DNA of 64,000 nucleotides, taken from assembly GCA_025350665.1 (NCBI GenBank), contig JANXXJ010000089.1, positions 1,021 to 65,020 of the forward strand, written 5' to 3'. Under the pieces are notes generated by a model. The model saw only the letters and a program-made list of their open reading frames with translations, was not told the origin of the DNA and ran no database searches. The translations under genes were made by a program, and so were the position numbers. The DNA is from Gemmatimonadota bacterium (GTDB lineage Bacteria; Gemmatimonadota; Gemmatimonadetes; Gemmatimonadales; GWC2-71-9). Shown in pieces: positions 47,870 through 56,817 of the stretch (its first letter is position 1; each line of letters begins with the position of its first letter).

Positions 47870-48975
47870 CGAGACTCTTCGAGGGCCTGGCGGCAGTCGT
47901 CGATCGAGATCGTCAGTCCGGTGCGAGCCCAGAACGTGTCGTAGTCGGGCTGTTCCCGCCGGACGGCGGTGGTCAGGTCCCACCATTCCGCCACGGCCAG
48001 GACCTGGCTCAGGGTTTCGCCTTCGCTCTCGTCGAGGGTGAAGCCGATGTCGCCATACCAGGAATCCTGGTAGCGGCGATAGGTCTCGCGCGGGTGGGCC
48101 GCAATCGCGCGGGCGCTTTCGATGTCGAGATTCCACTGCAGGGCCGCGACGCCGCCGATCGGCCCGTGGAGCCGGCCGAGGACGTCGCGCAGGAAGGTTC
48201 GGGGAATCCGCAGGGTTTGCCGTCCCGCGGTCCGCATGGCGGTCAGCCGGTCGAACACGATCAACTTGCCCAGGTCATGGAGCAGTCCCAGGGTGTAGCA
48301 TTTCTCGGGATTGGCGCCGGTCGCCTGGCCAATGCGCCGCGCGGCGGGTGCGGTCCGCACCATGTGGGTCCAGACCTGCTGGACCATGGTGCCATATTCG
48401 CCGCCGGGCCGACAGAGCAACCCATCCACCATCGAGCTCATCAGGACGCTGTGCAGTCCCGACAACCCCACGCGTTGCGCCGCGGCGTCGAGGGACGCCA
48501 GAGGTTCGCCGGTGGAATAAAAGGGGGAATTGGCGTGCTTGAGGAGCGCCTGGGTGAGTGCCGGGTCCTGATGAAAGGCCTCGAGGATCTGGCCGAGAGA
48601 TGTGTTGGGGTCGCGGCAGGCGGCGAGGGCCCGCTGGGCCGCGAGCGGCGGTCGGCGAATCGCGCCGGTGATGTCGCCGCAGAGATTCTGCAGCAGGGCG
48701 CCGGGATCGCCCGCGAGTTCCTCGGGAGTCAGCGTTGCCTCGAGATGGTGCAAGGCGTCGGCAATTTCGGAGTCGAGGTGGCTGCGGAGGGCTTCGGCGG
48801 TCGCCGCCTTGGCGCCACTGGCCGCCGGGGCCGGCAGCGGCTCGGCGACCGGGGCCGAAACGGTGGCCCGTTCCGAGACGGAGGTTGCGGCCGGAACCGG
48901 GCGATAGGGCTGGGGCCGAGGCGGCTTGGCACGCCAACGGCCTTCGGTCAGCCAGGAAAGAATCCGAAGAGGCAT
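47866..48975 (-). CDS. HDOD domain-containing signalling protein
   Basis: 369-aa ORF. HDOD core (ILEAFHQDPALTQALLKHANSPFY, GLLHDLGKLIVF). The Ala/Pro-rich N-terminal region of about 100 aa is unassigned. Confidence 0.8.
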   Translation of the reverse strand: MPLRILSWLTEGRWRAKPPRPQPYRPVPAATSVSERATVSAPVAEPLPAPAASGAKAATAEALRSHLDSEIADALHHLEATLTPEELAGDPGALLQNLCGDITGAIRRPPLAAQRALAACRDPNTSLGQILEAFHQDPALTQALLKHANSPFYSTGEPLASLDAAAQRVGLSGLHSVLMSSMVDGLLCRPGGEYGTMVQQVWTHMVRTAPAARRIGQATGANPEKCYTLGLLHDLGKLIVFDRLTAMRTAGRQTLRIPRTFLRDVLGRLHGPIGGVAALQWNLDIESARAIAAHPRETYRRYQDSWYGDIGFTLDESEGETLSQVLAVAEWWDLTTAVRREQPDYDTFWARTGLTISIDDCRQALEESR

Positions 48976-49020
48976 GCGTCGGGTATCGGCCGGGGCGGGC
49001 GCGGCTTTAGCCCGGCGACG

Positions 49021-50808
49021 TCATTCGGTCTTGGCGAAGAGCCGGTCGTATTTCCCGGTCGCGAAGGCGGCGTCGATCCGCTCCGCCAGTCGGGCCATGA
49101 GCCTGGGATCGCCGTCGCCCTTGTCCATGTCGATCGAGACCCAGCTTACGTCGGAGTCCACGACCGCCAGCTTGAACGGCTTACCCTCGATCTTGAGCAC
49201 GACGTAGAAATCGTTGTTGGGATCGCGCGGCATCCGCTCCGCGCCCATGTCGCTCACGAGGAATTCGACCAGCGCCTTTCGCATCGGTTCGCCGCAGGGA
49301 CGGATGGTGTAGTTCTGGTACTCTCCGTCCTGGTTGAGCGTCAGTTCACCGCGATAGGGCAGGGGCTTGAAATCCTTGCGTTCGACCAGGCGGTCGTGGC
49401 CGTTGTCGCCGCGGACCCAGGTGAAGTGATGGGCCACCCAGGCCGGGTCGAGCTTGTGGTAGTCGCTGTACCGCATCCGGGTGCGATCGAGCGGCAGCGA
49501 ATAGTGGGTATCGGTTTTCCAGTCGGTGATGCCGAGGATCGGGTCGGCCTCGGAGCCGTGCCGGAACGTGAACCAGACGTAGCTCAGGCCGTCGGGTGAC
49601 AGGCTGATCGGCGGGAGCCCGTTGATCGGGCTGGGGTCGTCGGGATAGGTCGTCGCGGCGTGGCCCCGCGTGCGAGTGTCGAACACGCCATTGCCGAGTT
49701 GATAGACGCCCCGGATGGCGAAGGTGGACCGATCGATCCATCCCGGGACCGGTTCCACCTGGCGGGCGGCGCGGAACTGCTCCGGGTCGCTGGTCAGAAG
49801 ATGAGCGCTGCTCGGCTCGCTGCAGAAGGTCAGTGGTTCGAGCTTCGGCCGGCCCTGGTCCTCGGTGAGGAACTGACAGTGCTCGCCCGAGGTGACCAGC
49901 AGGGCGGGCACGGCGCCGGGAACCAGGGCTATGCCTGTAGCGTCCTCGAGCCCGGCCACCGGTTTGTTTTTGTGGCTGATCCTGAAAGTCGAGTGGGACG
50001 CCAGTCGGGAAGAGCCGGACACATGGTAGAAGTAGCCCGACGCCGTGGCGATCTCGAATGGCCCAATGGCCTCGGTCCGGATGGTTTCCGAGCGGCGGAC
50101 CACCCGGTAGCGGACGGTGAACATGTCCGCGAGTGGCGGTGCGCCTGGCCGGGCGCGGGGCATCCAGGCGCTCCACTCGCGATCCTTGGCGCCGGGCCGC
50201 GCCGGCAGGGGAATGATGAACCCGCCCAGGGTCTTGTCACCGATCCCGAGGTCGAGGATCCGGTCGCCGCGTTCGGTGAAGATCGGGGCCACGCCGGTCA
50301 CGATCCAGCGGCCGTCGTCGCGCCGGGCCTGATCGACGAACAACGGGCCGGTCTCGCTCTTCCGCACGACTTGGCCCGTCGTGCCGGTGCTGAAACGGGT
50401 GAACCCGAGGCCGGGATAGGAGGCGGGGTCGGTGGTGTCGGCGGCGGGCCAGCGGAGTTCCGCCAGGACGAAGAGGGTTTCGCCTTCGATTGTCGGCGAG
50501 ACATCGGCCAGGAGCCTGGCTACGCCGCCGATCGAGGTCCCGAGTACCAGCACGATGCCGAAGGCGACCGCGAGCGCCTTCAGGAATCCCGGGTTCGCGC
50601 TCCCGGCAATGGCCCGGGCGGCGACCAGGCCGATCACGCCGCCCGCCGCCCCGCCGAGCAGGGCCATGATGACCATGAAATAGCCGGAGCCGCCCTCGAA
50701 CGAGGAGATCCGGTACCAGTCGACCGCCAGGGAGGTGATGAACCCGCTTACGAGGAGGCCGAGTGCGCCGGTGAGCAGGCCGGTGAAGAATGTGGCAAGC
50801 CAGGTCAT
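49021..50808 (-). CDS. hypothetical membrane protein (3 N-terminal TM helices plus a soluble domain of about 490 aa of unknown family)
   Basis: ATG at 50806-50808 (MTWLATFFTGLLTGALGLLV), inside the 1220-aa track ORF 49021..52683; the remainder of that ORF is antisense to ADH2. GC3-rich codons. No motif recognised. Confidence 0.65.
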   Translation of the reverse strand: MTWLATFFTGLLTGALGLLVSGFITSLAVDWYRISSFEGGSGYFMVIMALLGGAAGGVIGLVAARAIAGSANPGFLKALAVAFGIVLVLGTSIGGVARLLADVSPTIEGETLFVLAELRWPAADTTDPASYPGLGFTRFSTGTTGQVVRKSETGPLFVDQARRDDGRWIVTGVAPIFTERGDRILDLGIGDKTLGGFIIPLPARPGAKDREWSAWMPRARPGAPPLADMFTVRYRVVRRSETIRTEAIGPFEIATASGYFYHVSGSSRLASHSTFRISHKNKPVAGLEDATGIALVPGAVPALLVTSGEHCQFLTEDQGRPKLEPLTFCSEPSSAHLLTSDPEQFRAARQVEPVPGWIDRSTFAIRGVYQLGNGVFDTRTRGHAATTYPDDPSPINGLPPISLSPDGLSYVWFTFRHGSEADPILGITDWKTDTHYSLPLDRTRMRYSDYHKLDPAWVAHHFTWVRGDNGHDRLVERKDFKPLPYRGELTLNQDGEYQNYTIRPCGEPMRKALVEFLVSDMGAERMPRDPNNDFYVVLKIEGKPFKLAVVDSDVSWVSIDMDKGDGDPRLMARLAERIDAAFATGKYDRLFAKTE

Positions 50809-50892
50809 GGCGGAAGAAGTTATCCCTTCCCCGGATGCGGTCCAGTCGATAGCCTTCGGGCCGATTCTTTCGTTTCCCATGGAGTTGACCCG

Positions 50893-53073
50893 ATGGTACG
50901 CCGGCTTTTCCCCCTGCTGACCGTTCTCGCCGTTGGCGCCTGCCGCCAGTCCGGGCCGGGCAACGTCACGCTGGACCGCTGGAAGCAATCTGACGCCGAG
51001 CCGGGCCAGTGGCTTGGTCTGGGTCGGACCTACAAGGCGGACCGGTTCTCGCCGCTCAAGAGTCTCACCGTCGACAACGCGAAACAGCTCGGCTTTGCCT
51101 GGGAGTACCAGGCGAGGTCGCACCGCGGACGCGTCGAGCACGGGCAGGAGGCGACGCCGATCGTGGTGGATGGCGTGCTCTACGTCTCGGGGCCGTGGGG
51201 GACGGCGTTTGCGGTGGATGCCAGGACCGGGCGGGAGAAGTGGCGCTGGGATCCGCCGGTGGACGGGAGCTACGGGCGGCGGGCCTGCTGTGACGTGGTG
51301 AGTCGAGGGCTGTCGGTCTGGGGCGGCAAGGTCTACGTGGCGACGCTCGACGGCTGGCTGTTTGCGCTCGACGCCGCCACGGGCACGGTGATCTGGAAGG
51401 TGGACACCTTTACCGATCGCGATTCGCGCTACTACACCATCACCGGCCCGCCGATCGTGGCCAAGAACGTGGTGGTGGTCGGGAACAGCGGGGCGGAGTT
51501 CGGGGTCCGGGGGTACGTCACGGCGTACGATCTCGTGACCGGTGGACAGAAGTGGCGGTTCTACACCGTGCCGGGCGATCCAGCCAAAGGTCCTGACGAA
51601 CATCCCGAGGTGTCGGTGGCGCGGAAGACGTGGGATCCCAAATCGGATTGGGCCTCGGGTCTGGGCGGGACGGTGTGGGGCGAGATGAACTACGACCCCG
51701 AGCTGAATCTGCTCTACGTCGGCACCGGGAACAGTTCGCCGTATCCGATCTGGTTCCGGAGTCCTTCGGGCGGGGACAATCTCTTCCTGACGTCCATTCT
51801 TGCCCTCAATCCCGATGACGGCCGGATGAAGTGGTACTACCAGACCACACCGGGCGAGATCTGGGACTACACTGCGACAATGAACATGATCCTGGCGGAC
51901 CTTCCGATCGGCGGAAAGACGCGCAAGGTCATCATGCAGGCCCCAAAAAACGGATTCTATTACGTCCTCGACCGGGAAACGGGTCAGTTCATTTCCGCCG
52001 AGCCGTTCGTGTACGTGAACTGGGCGAGCAAGGTCGATTCGACGGGGAAGCCCGTCATCACGGGCAAGGCCACATACAAGGACCGGCCGGCCGCGATCTT
52101 CCCGACCCAATCGGGCGCGCACAACTGGCAGCCGATGGCGTTCAATCCCCAGACCGGGCTGGTCTACATCCCTGCCCGTGACGAGGGCATGATCATGTTC
52201 GGGGACAAGACCTACAAGTGGGTCCCCGGCGACGTGAACATGGGCTCGGCCGCCGTGTTCGGCGAGCTGCCCAAGGAATTCAAGGCGAGTCAGGAGCTGC
52301 CGATGACGGTGTCGCCCGAACTGGAGGCCCAGCTCAGGGCAACGACCAGGGGTGAACCGTCGATGGCTACGCACGAGTTCCTTCTGGCGTGGGATCCGGT
52401 GGCGCAGAAGGAACGGTGGCGGGTGCCGATCAGCGATTTCGAGTGGATCGGCGGCGGGGTGCTCACCACGGCGGGGAACCTGGTCATTCAGGGCACCGGA
52501 TCGGGCAAGCTGGTGGTGTACCGGGCCGACACCGGGGAGAAGCTCCACGAGATCGAGGTGGGGACCGGGATCATCGCGGCGCCGATCAGCTACGAGCTCG
52601 ACGGGGCGCAGTACGTGGCGGTGATTGCGGGATTCGGCGGGGCGGTGAACCCGGTGCTGTCGCCGGCCACGGCGGCGGCGCACTACGAGAACTACGGGCG
52701 GATTCTGGCGTTCAAGATTGGTGGCGGGCCGACGCCGCTTCCGCCCAAGCGGGTGGCCCTGCCGGTACCGGAGCCGCCCTCGGTGGCGTGGTATGCCGAT
52801 TCACTGGCCGAGCGGGGCGCGGGGCTGTTTGCCCAGCGGTGCGCGCGGTGTCACGGCGGGAAGGGCGAGGGACAGCTGTCGGCGTATCCCGATCTCCACC
52901 GGCTGCCAGCGGCCACCCACGCGATCTTCGATTCGGTGGTGCTGGGCGGGAAGTACGCGGCCAACGGGATGGCGAGCTTTGCCGATGTGCTGACGGCGGC
53001 CGATGTGCAGGCGATCCACGCCTACCTGATCCGGGAACAGCGCCAGCTCTTCAAGGCGGACCGGCCGCGTTAG
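50893..53073 (+). CDS. PQQ-dependent alcohol dehydrogenase, quinohaemoprotein type, lipoprotein-like signal (ADH2)
   Basis: ATG at 50893 within ORF 49660..53073. Signal MVRRLFPLLTVLAVGAC. Motifs RRACCDVVSRG, GNSGAEFGVRGY and WDYTATMNMILADL. C-terminal haem c site CARCH. Confidence 0.9.
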   Translation: MVRRLFPLLTVLAVGACRQSGPGNVTLDRWKQSDAEPGQWLGLGRTYKADRFSPLKSLTVDNAKQLGFAWEYQARSHRGRVEHGQEATPIVVDGVLYVSGPWGTAFAVDARTGREKWRWDPPVDGSYGRRACCDVVSRGLSVWGGKVYVATLDGWLFALDAATGTVIWKVDTFTDRDSRYYTITGPPIVAKNVVVVGNSGAEFGVRGYVTAYDLVTGGQKWRFYTVPGDPAKGPDEHPEVSVARKTWDPKSDWASGLGGTVWGEMNYDPELNLLYVGTGNSSPYPIWFRSPSGGDNLFLTSILALNPDDGRMKWYYQTTPGEIWDYTATMNMILADLPIGGKTRKVIMQAPKNGFYYVLDRETGQFISAEPFVYVNWASKVDSTGKPVITGKATYKDRPAAIFPTQSGAHNWQPMAFNPQTGLVYIPARDEGMIMFGDKTYKWVPGDVNMGSAAVFGELPKEFKASQELPMTVSPELEAQLRATTRGEPSMATHEFLLAWDPVAQKERWRVPISDFEWIGGGVLTTAGNLVIQGTGSGKLVVYRADTGEKLHEIEVGTGIIAAPISYELDGAQYVAVIAGFGGAVNPVLSPATAAAHYENYGRILAFKIGGGPTPLPPKRVALPVPEPPSVAWYADSLAERGAGLFAQRCARCHGGKGEGQLSAYPDLHRLPAATHAIFDSVVLGGKYAANGMASFADVLTAADVQAIHAYLIREQRQLFKADRPR

Positions 53074-53765
53074 GCGTCGCCCCGCAATCGTTCGACGATG
53101 GCGGCGACGTGCAGCGCCGTCGTGTCGAGCGCCGGGATTCCGGCGATGACCGGTGTCGCGATCAGAAGCGGCAGTTCGGTGCCGCCAAGGATGACGCCGT
53201 CGGCCCCGGCGTCGCGGCGGAGCCGGTCGACGAGCGCGATGACGCCGGCACGGGTATCGTCGCGAAAATCGCCCTTCAGCAACTCATTCACGTAGCGTTC
53301 GTGAAGCCAGGTCCGATCCGACTCGGCCGGGGTGACGATCGTCGCCCCGTGGCGGGCGAACACCGCGGGGTAGAACGGCGCTTCCATCGTGACCATGGTG
53401 CCGAGCAGGGCCAGGCGGCCGAGTCCCATTCGTCGCGCGGCATCGGCGCAGGCTGCCACGATGCTGACCAACGGCATCGGTGAGCGGGCCGCGACTTCGT
53501 CGAAGACCAGGTGCGGCGTGTTGGCGCTGATCGCCGCGAGGCCGGCGCCGGCCGCGGCGAGCCGCCGCACGGAGTCGACCAGATACTCGATCAGGCCGGG
53601 GCGATCGGTGGCGGCGAGGCGGAGTCCCCGCTGAACGTCGAGGCTGTCGATGACGATGGCCGGAGCGGTGGTCGGGTCGTGGGTCCGCCAGGCCTCGAGG
53701 ATCCGGCGGTAATAGTCAATCGTGGATTCGGGCCCGAGGCCGCCCACCAGACCGAGCATGGTCAT
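53070..53765 (-). CDS. aspartate/glutamate racemase-family protein (both canonical catalytic Cys positions substituted)
   Basis: 231-aa ORF. Family motifs GGLGPEST, AISANTPHL (Ala where motif 1 has Cys) and VILGGTELPLL (Gly where motif 2 has Cys). Confidence 0.8.
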   Translation of the reverse strand: MTMLGLVGGLGPESTIDYYRRILEAWRTHDPTTAPAIVIDSLDVQRGLRLAATDRPGLIEYLVDSVRRLAAAGAGLAAISANTPHLVFDEVAARSPMPLVSIVAACADAARRMGLGRLALLGTMVTMEAPFYPAVFARHGATIVTPAESDRTWLHERYVNELLKGDFRDDTRAGVIALVDRLRRDAGADGVILGGTELPLLIATPVIAGIPALDTTALHVAAIVERLRGDA

Positions 53766-54709
53766 GCGTTCCCTCGCTCCTCGAGCAATTTGACCAGCGA
53801 GTACAGAGTCGAGTTGACCGGTGTTGGGATTCCGAGTCCGGCGCCGCGGCGAGCGATGTATCCGTTGAGCGCGTCGATCTCGGTTCGCTTGCCCCGGGCG
53901 ATGTCCTGCGCGGTTGACGACATGGCCTCGGGAATCGCCCGGCCGAGTTTGCCGGCGGCCTCGATCAGGCCAGCCGCCGGGACGGCAATGCCCGCGGCCC
54001 GGGCGACATTCGCGCCTTCCTCCACCACCAGGCGCACCGTCTCGCGGGTGAGCGGGTGGCTGTCGATCTGTCCGTACCGGGCCCGGCTCAGGGCGGAGAT
54101 GGCGTTGTAGGCGCAGTTCATGATGAGCTTGCTCCAGAGGTCGGCCTCGATGTCATTCGACACCTCGCATTGCACCCCCGCGAGGGTGAACAGCGCCGCG
54201 ACCTCGGCCGGGCGCCGGTCTGAGGAGGCGCCGCCCGCGAGCCGGCCGGGGCTCCCCAGCCTGAGGTCGCCACGGCCGGCGTGGGTGACCTGTCCGGGTC
54301 CCGTCATCTCGGCACTCACGTACACTGCCGCCCCGATTGCGTCGATGTTCGCCGCGGACCGGATCCGCTCGACGTTGTCGACGCCGTTCTGGAGGCTCAC
54401 CACGATCGCATCATCCGCAAGGTGCGGGGCCATGGCCCGGGCCGCGACTTCGGTATCGAGCGTCTTGACGCAGAGGAACACGACGCGAGCGCCGGCGACG
54501 CCGTGTGCGTCGGTCGCGGCCGTCACGGAGACCTGGTGGCGGGTGCCGCCGATTTCGAGGACCAGCCCGCGGCGGCGCAATGCGTCGGCGTGGGTGGGCC
54601 GGCTGATGAGCGTGACCGAGGCCCCGGCGCGAGCCAGCATGCCGCCGAAGTAGCACCCTACGGCGCCCGCTCCCATGACGGCAACGGGAGGCCAGGCAGT
54701 TGTTTCCAT
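53762..54709 (-). CDS. panE: 2-dehydropantoate 2-reductase
   Basis: ATG at 54707-54709 within ORF 53762..55114. Start METTAWPPVAVMGAGAVGCYFGG (Rossmann GxGxxG). C-terminal ketopantoate reductase segment (MSSTAQDIARGKRTEIDALNG). Overlaps the racemase-like start by 4 nt. Confidence 0.85.
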   Translation of the reverse strand: METTAWPPVAVMGAGAVGCYFGGMLARAGASVTLISRPTHADALRRRGLVLEIGGTRHQVSVTAATDAHGVAGARVVFLCVKTLDTEVAARAMAPHLADDAIVVSLQNGVDNVERIRSAANIDAIGAAVYVSAEMTGPGQVTHAGRGDLRLGSPGRLAGGASSDRRPAEVAALFTLAGVQCEVSNDIEADLWSKLIMNCAYNAISALSRARYGQIDSHPLTRETVRLVVEEGANVARAAGIAVPAAGLIEAAGKLGRAIPEAMSSTAQDIARGKRTEIDALNGYIARRGAGLGIPTPVNSTLYSLVKLLEERGNA

Positions 54710-54858
54710 TGTGACTCCCTCCACGACCGCACAACCGTAACCGCTTTGCGCGGCGCCCGCCACGATTCCGGGTCGTTGCGGGTAGCCGAGTTCCGGTTTC
54801 GCCGATATGATGGAGCGGGCGGGCATCCCGGCCCGCGACCGACCGGAGGGTACTACCG

Positions 54859-56682
54859 ATGCGATTCGCGATCGTTCTACTCGCTGTCCTCGCGCCCGCG
54901 GCCCTCGCCGCCCAGGACGCCAATGGCCCGATCCCGCCGCCGGCGGCCAAATACAAGGTGGCGATCGAGAAAGACGTGATGGTTCCGATGCGGGACGGCG
55001 TCCGGCTCGCCACCGACATCTACCGGCCGGAGGGTGTGACCGAACGGCTGCCCGTGATTCTGATCCGGACCCCCTACAACAAGGCGAAGTACGGAGGGCC
55101 GACCACGCCGGCACAGTTCTTCGCCGGGCAGGGGTACACGGTCATGGCCCAGGACGTCCGGGGCCAGTTTGCCTCGGAGGGGAGCTACCGGGTCCAGGCC
55201 ACCGACGGCCGCGACGGGTATGACTCGATCGACTGGGCGTCGAAGCAGCCATGGTCGAACGGCAATGTCGGAACTTTTGGCTGCTCGTACCTGGGCGAGA
55301 CGCAGTACCTCGAATCGAAACTTCACCATCCCGCGCACAAGGCAATGATTCCCCAGGCCGCGAGCGGTGCCACCGGACCGGCCGGCGGGTTCTACACCAA
55401 TTTCGGGACCTATGATGGCGGAGCGCTCACTCTGAGCTCCATCTTTGGCTGGTTCAGCTTTGCCGGGCATCGGGTCAAGGAATCCACCGACACCAGAGTT
55501 GGGGTGTCGAACACGCTCAAGATCGACTTTGCGGCCATGCTCCGGACGCTCCCGACCGCGACCCTCGCCGAGCGAGCGGGGATTCCGCCCAGCGACTTCC
55601 AGGATTTCGTCACCCACCCGCCGGCCGATCCCTACTGGGACGAGGTCGGCTATCTCCGCGACGACGACCAGTTCGACACGCCGGCGCTCCACGTGAATTC
55701 ATGGCTGGACGTGACGCCCGAGCAGACGCTGTACGTGATGAATCTGATGCGGCGGAACGGGCTGTCCGCGCGGGCTCGCGAGAACCAGTTCGCCATCATG
55801 TCGCCTACTACTCACTGCGGCACTGACTATGCCGCCAATCCGGTCAAGGTGGGTGCCCGGACGTTCGGTGACAGCCGGCAGCCGTTCCAGCAGATCTATC
55901 TCGACTGGTTCGATCACTGGTTGAAGGGCGTGGACAATGGCGTCACGCGGCGGCCCCACGTGCAGTACTACGTCATGGGCGAGAATCGCTGGCGTTCGGC
56001 CCCAACGTGGCCGGTGCCCGGGATGCGGCCGGTGCCGTACTATCTGAGCAGCGAGAAGGGCGCCGTCACGCGGAGCGGCGACGGAAAGCTCGGCGCTCGA
56101 ATTCCGGCCGTTGGGAAGGACTGGTACGTGTACGATCCCGACAACCCGCTGCCGTCGCGGGGCGGGACCATCTGCTGCACCGGAAACGCGGCCGATCAGC
56201 CCGGGATCTTCGATCAATCCGATCTCGAGAGCCGTTCCGACCTCCTGGTGTACTCGACGCCGGTGCTCAAGGCGCCCCTCACGATTGCCGGCTCGGTCAA
56301 GGCGGTGCTCTATCTCTCGTCGGACGCCAGGGATACTGATGTCATTGCCAAACTGATCGATGTGGACGAGCAGGGCCGGTCGTGGAACGTGGTGAACGGG
56401 ATCAAGCGCGTTCGGTACCGGGACGGGATGGCGAAGCCGGCGCTGATGACGGCGGGGCAGGTGTACAAGGTGGAGGTGAGCCTCAAGGCGGTGGCGTATC
56501 AGTTTCCGGCGGGGCATCGGATCCGGCTCTGGGTGTCGAGCAGTGATTTCCCGATGTACGACCGGAATCTGAATACTGGTGGCGACAATGTGACCGAAAC
56601 CAGCTGGGTCAAGGCCACCAACACGATCCATCTGGGTGGCGGTCATCCGTCGGTGCTGGTGTTGCCGGTGCTGCCGCACTGA
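54859..56682 (+). CDS. secreted CocE/NonD family hydrolase (S15 X-Pro dipeptidyl-peptidase-like)
   Basis: 607-aa ORF. Signal MRFAIVLLAVLAPAALAAQ. Segments RTPYNK and VRGQFASEG. Nucleophile elbow FGCSYLG. C-terminal jelly-roll region (HRIRLWVSSSDFPMYDRN). Confidence 0.85.
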   Translation: MRFAIVLLAVLAPAALAAQDANGPIPPPAAKYKVAIEKDVMVPMRDGVRLATDIYRPEGVTERLPVILIRTPYNKAKYGGPTTPAQFFAGQGYTVMAQDVRGQFASEGSYRVQATDGRDGYDSIDWASKQPWSNGNVGTFGCSYLGETQYLESKLHHPAHKAMIPQAASGATGPAGGFYTNFGTYDGGALTLSSIFGWFSFAGHRVKESTDTRVGVSNTLKIDFAAMLRTLPTATLAERAGIPPSDFQDFVTHPPADPYWDEVGYLRDDDQFDTPALHVNSWLDVTPEQTLYVMNLMRRNGLSARARENQFAIMSPTTHCGTDYAANPVKVGARTFGDSRQPFQQIYLDWFDHWLKGVDNGVTRRPHVQYYVMGENRWRSAPTWPVPGMRPVPYYLSSEKGAVTRSGDGKLGARIPAVGKDWYVYDPDNPLPSRGGTICCTGNAADQPGIFDQSDLESRSDLLVYSTPVLKAPLTIAGSVKAVLYLSSDARDTDVIAKLIDVDEQGRSWNVVNGIKRVRYRDGMAKPALMTAGQVYKVEVSLKAVAYQFPAGHRIRLWVSSSDFPMYDRNLNTGGDNVTETSWVKATNTIHLGGGHPSVLVLPVLPH

Positions 56683-56817
56683 CGCTCCGCGGTCTCGCCC
56701 GTGGCCGGGGTCGCTGCCGGCCGGGCGCCGCCACCTCCCTTCCGTCACCCTCTCGCAGAGGATACCCTTCGTCAACCGCCCCGTGTCACAGTCGACAAAC
56801 AACCGAACCGAACTGCA

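Noticed and set aside
45648-49599. Long shadow ORFs 45648..47429 (minus, 593 aa) and 47797..49599 (plus, 600 aa)
   Set aside because: They are antisense to the FAD oxidase, the HDOD protein and the orphan membrane protein. The products are low-complexity with no motifs.
50809-52683. Upstream 625 codons of the 1220-aa minus ORF 49021..52683
   Set aside because: This part is antisense to ADH2 and is Arg/Pro-rich. A convincing start (MTWLATFF, hydrophobic TM helix) occurs at 50808, directly after the ADH2 start region. Only 49021-50808 is called.
54710-55114. N-terminal extension of the panE ORF (track ORF 53762..55114)
   Set aside because: The Rossmann fold begins right after the ATG at 54707-54709. 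The extension is Arg/Pro/Ser-rich and overlaps the start of the CocE/NonD gene on the other strand.
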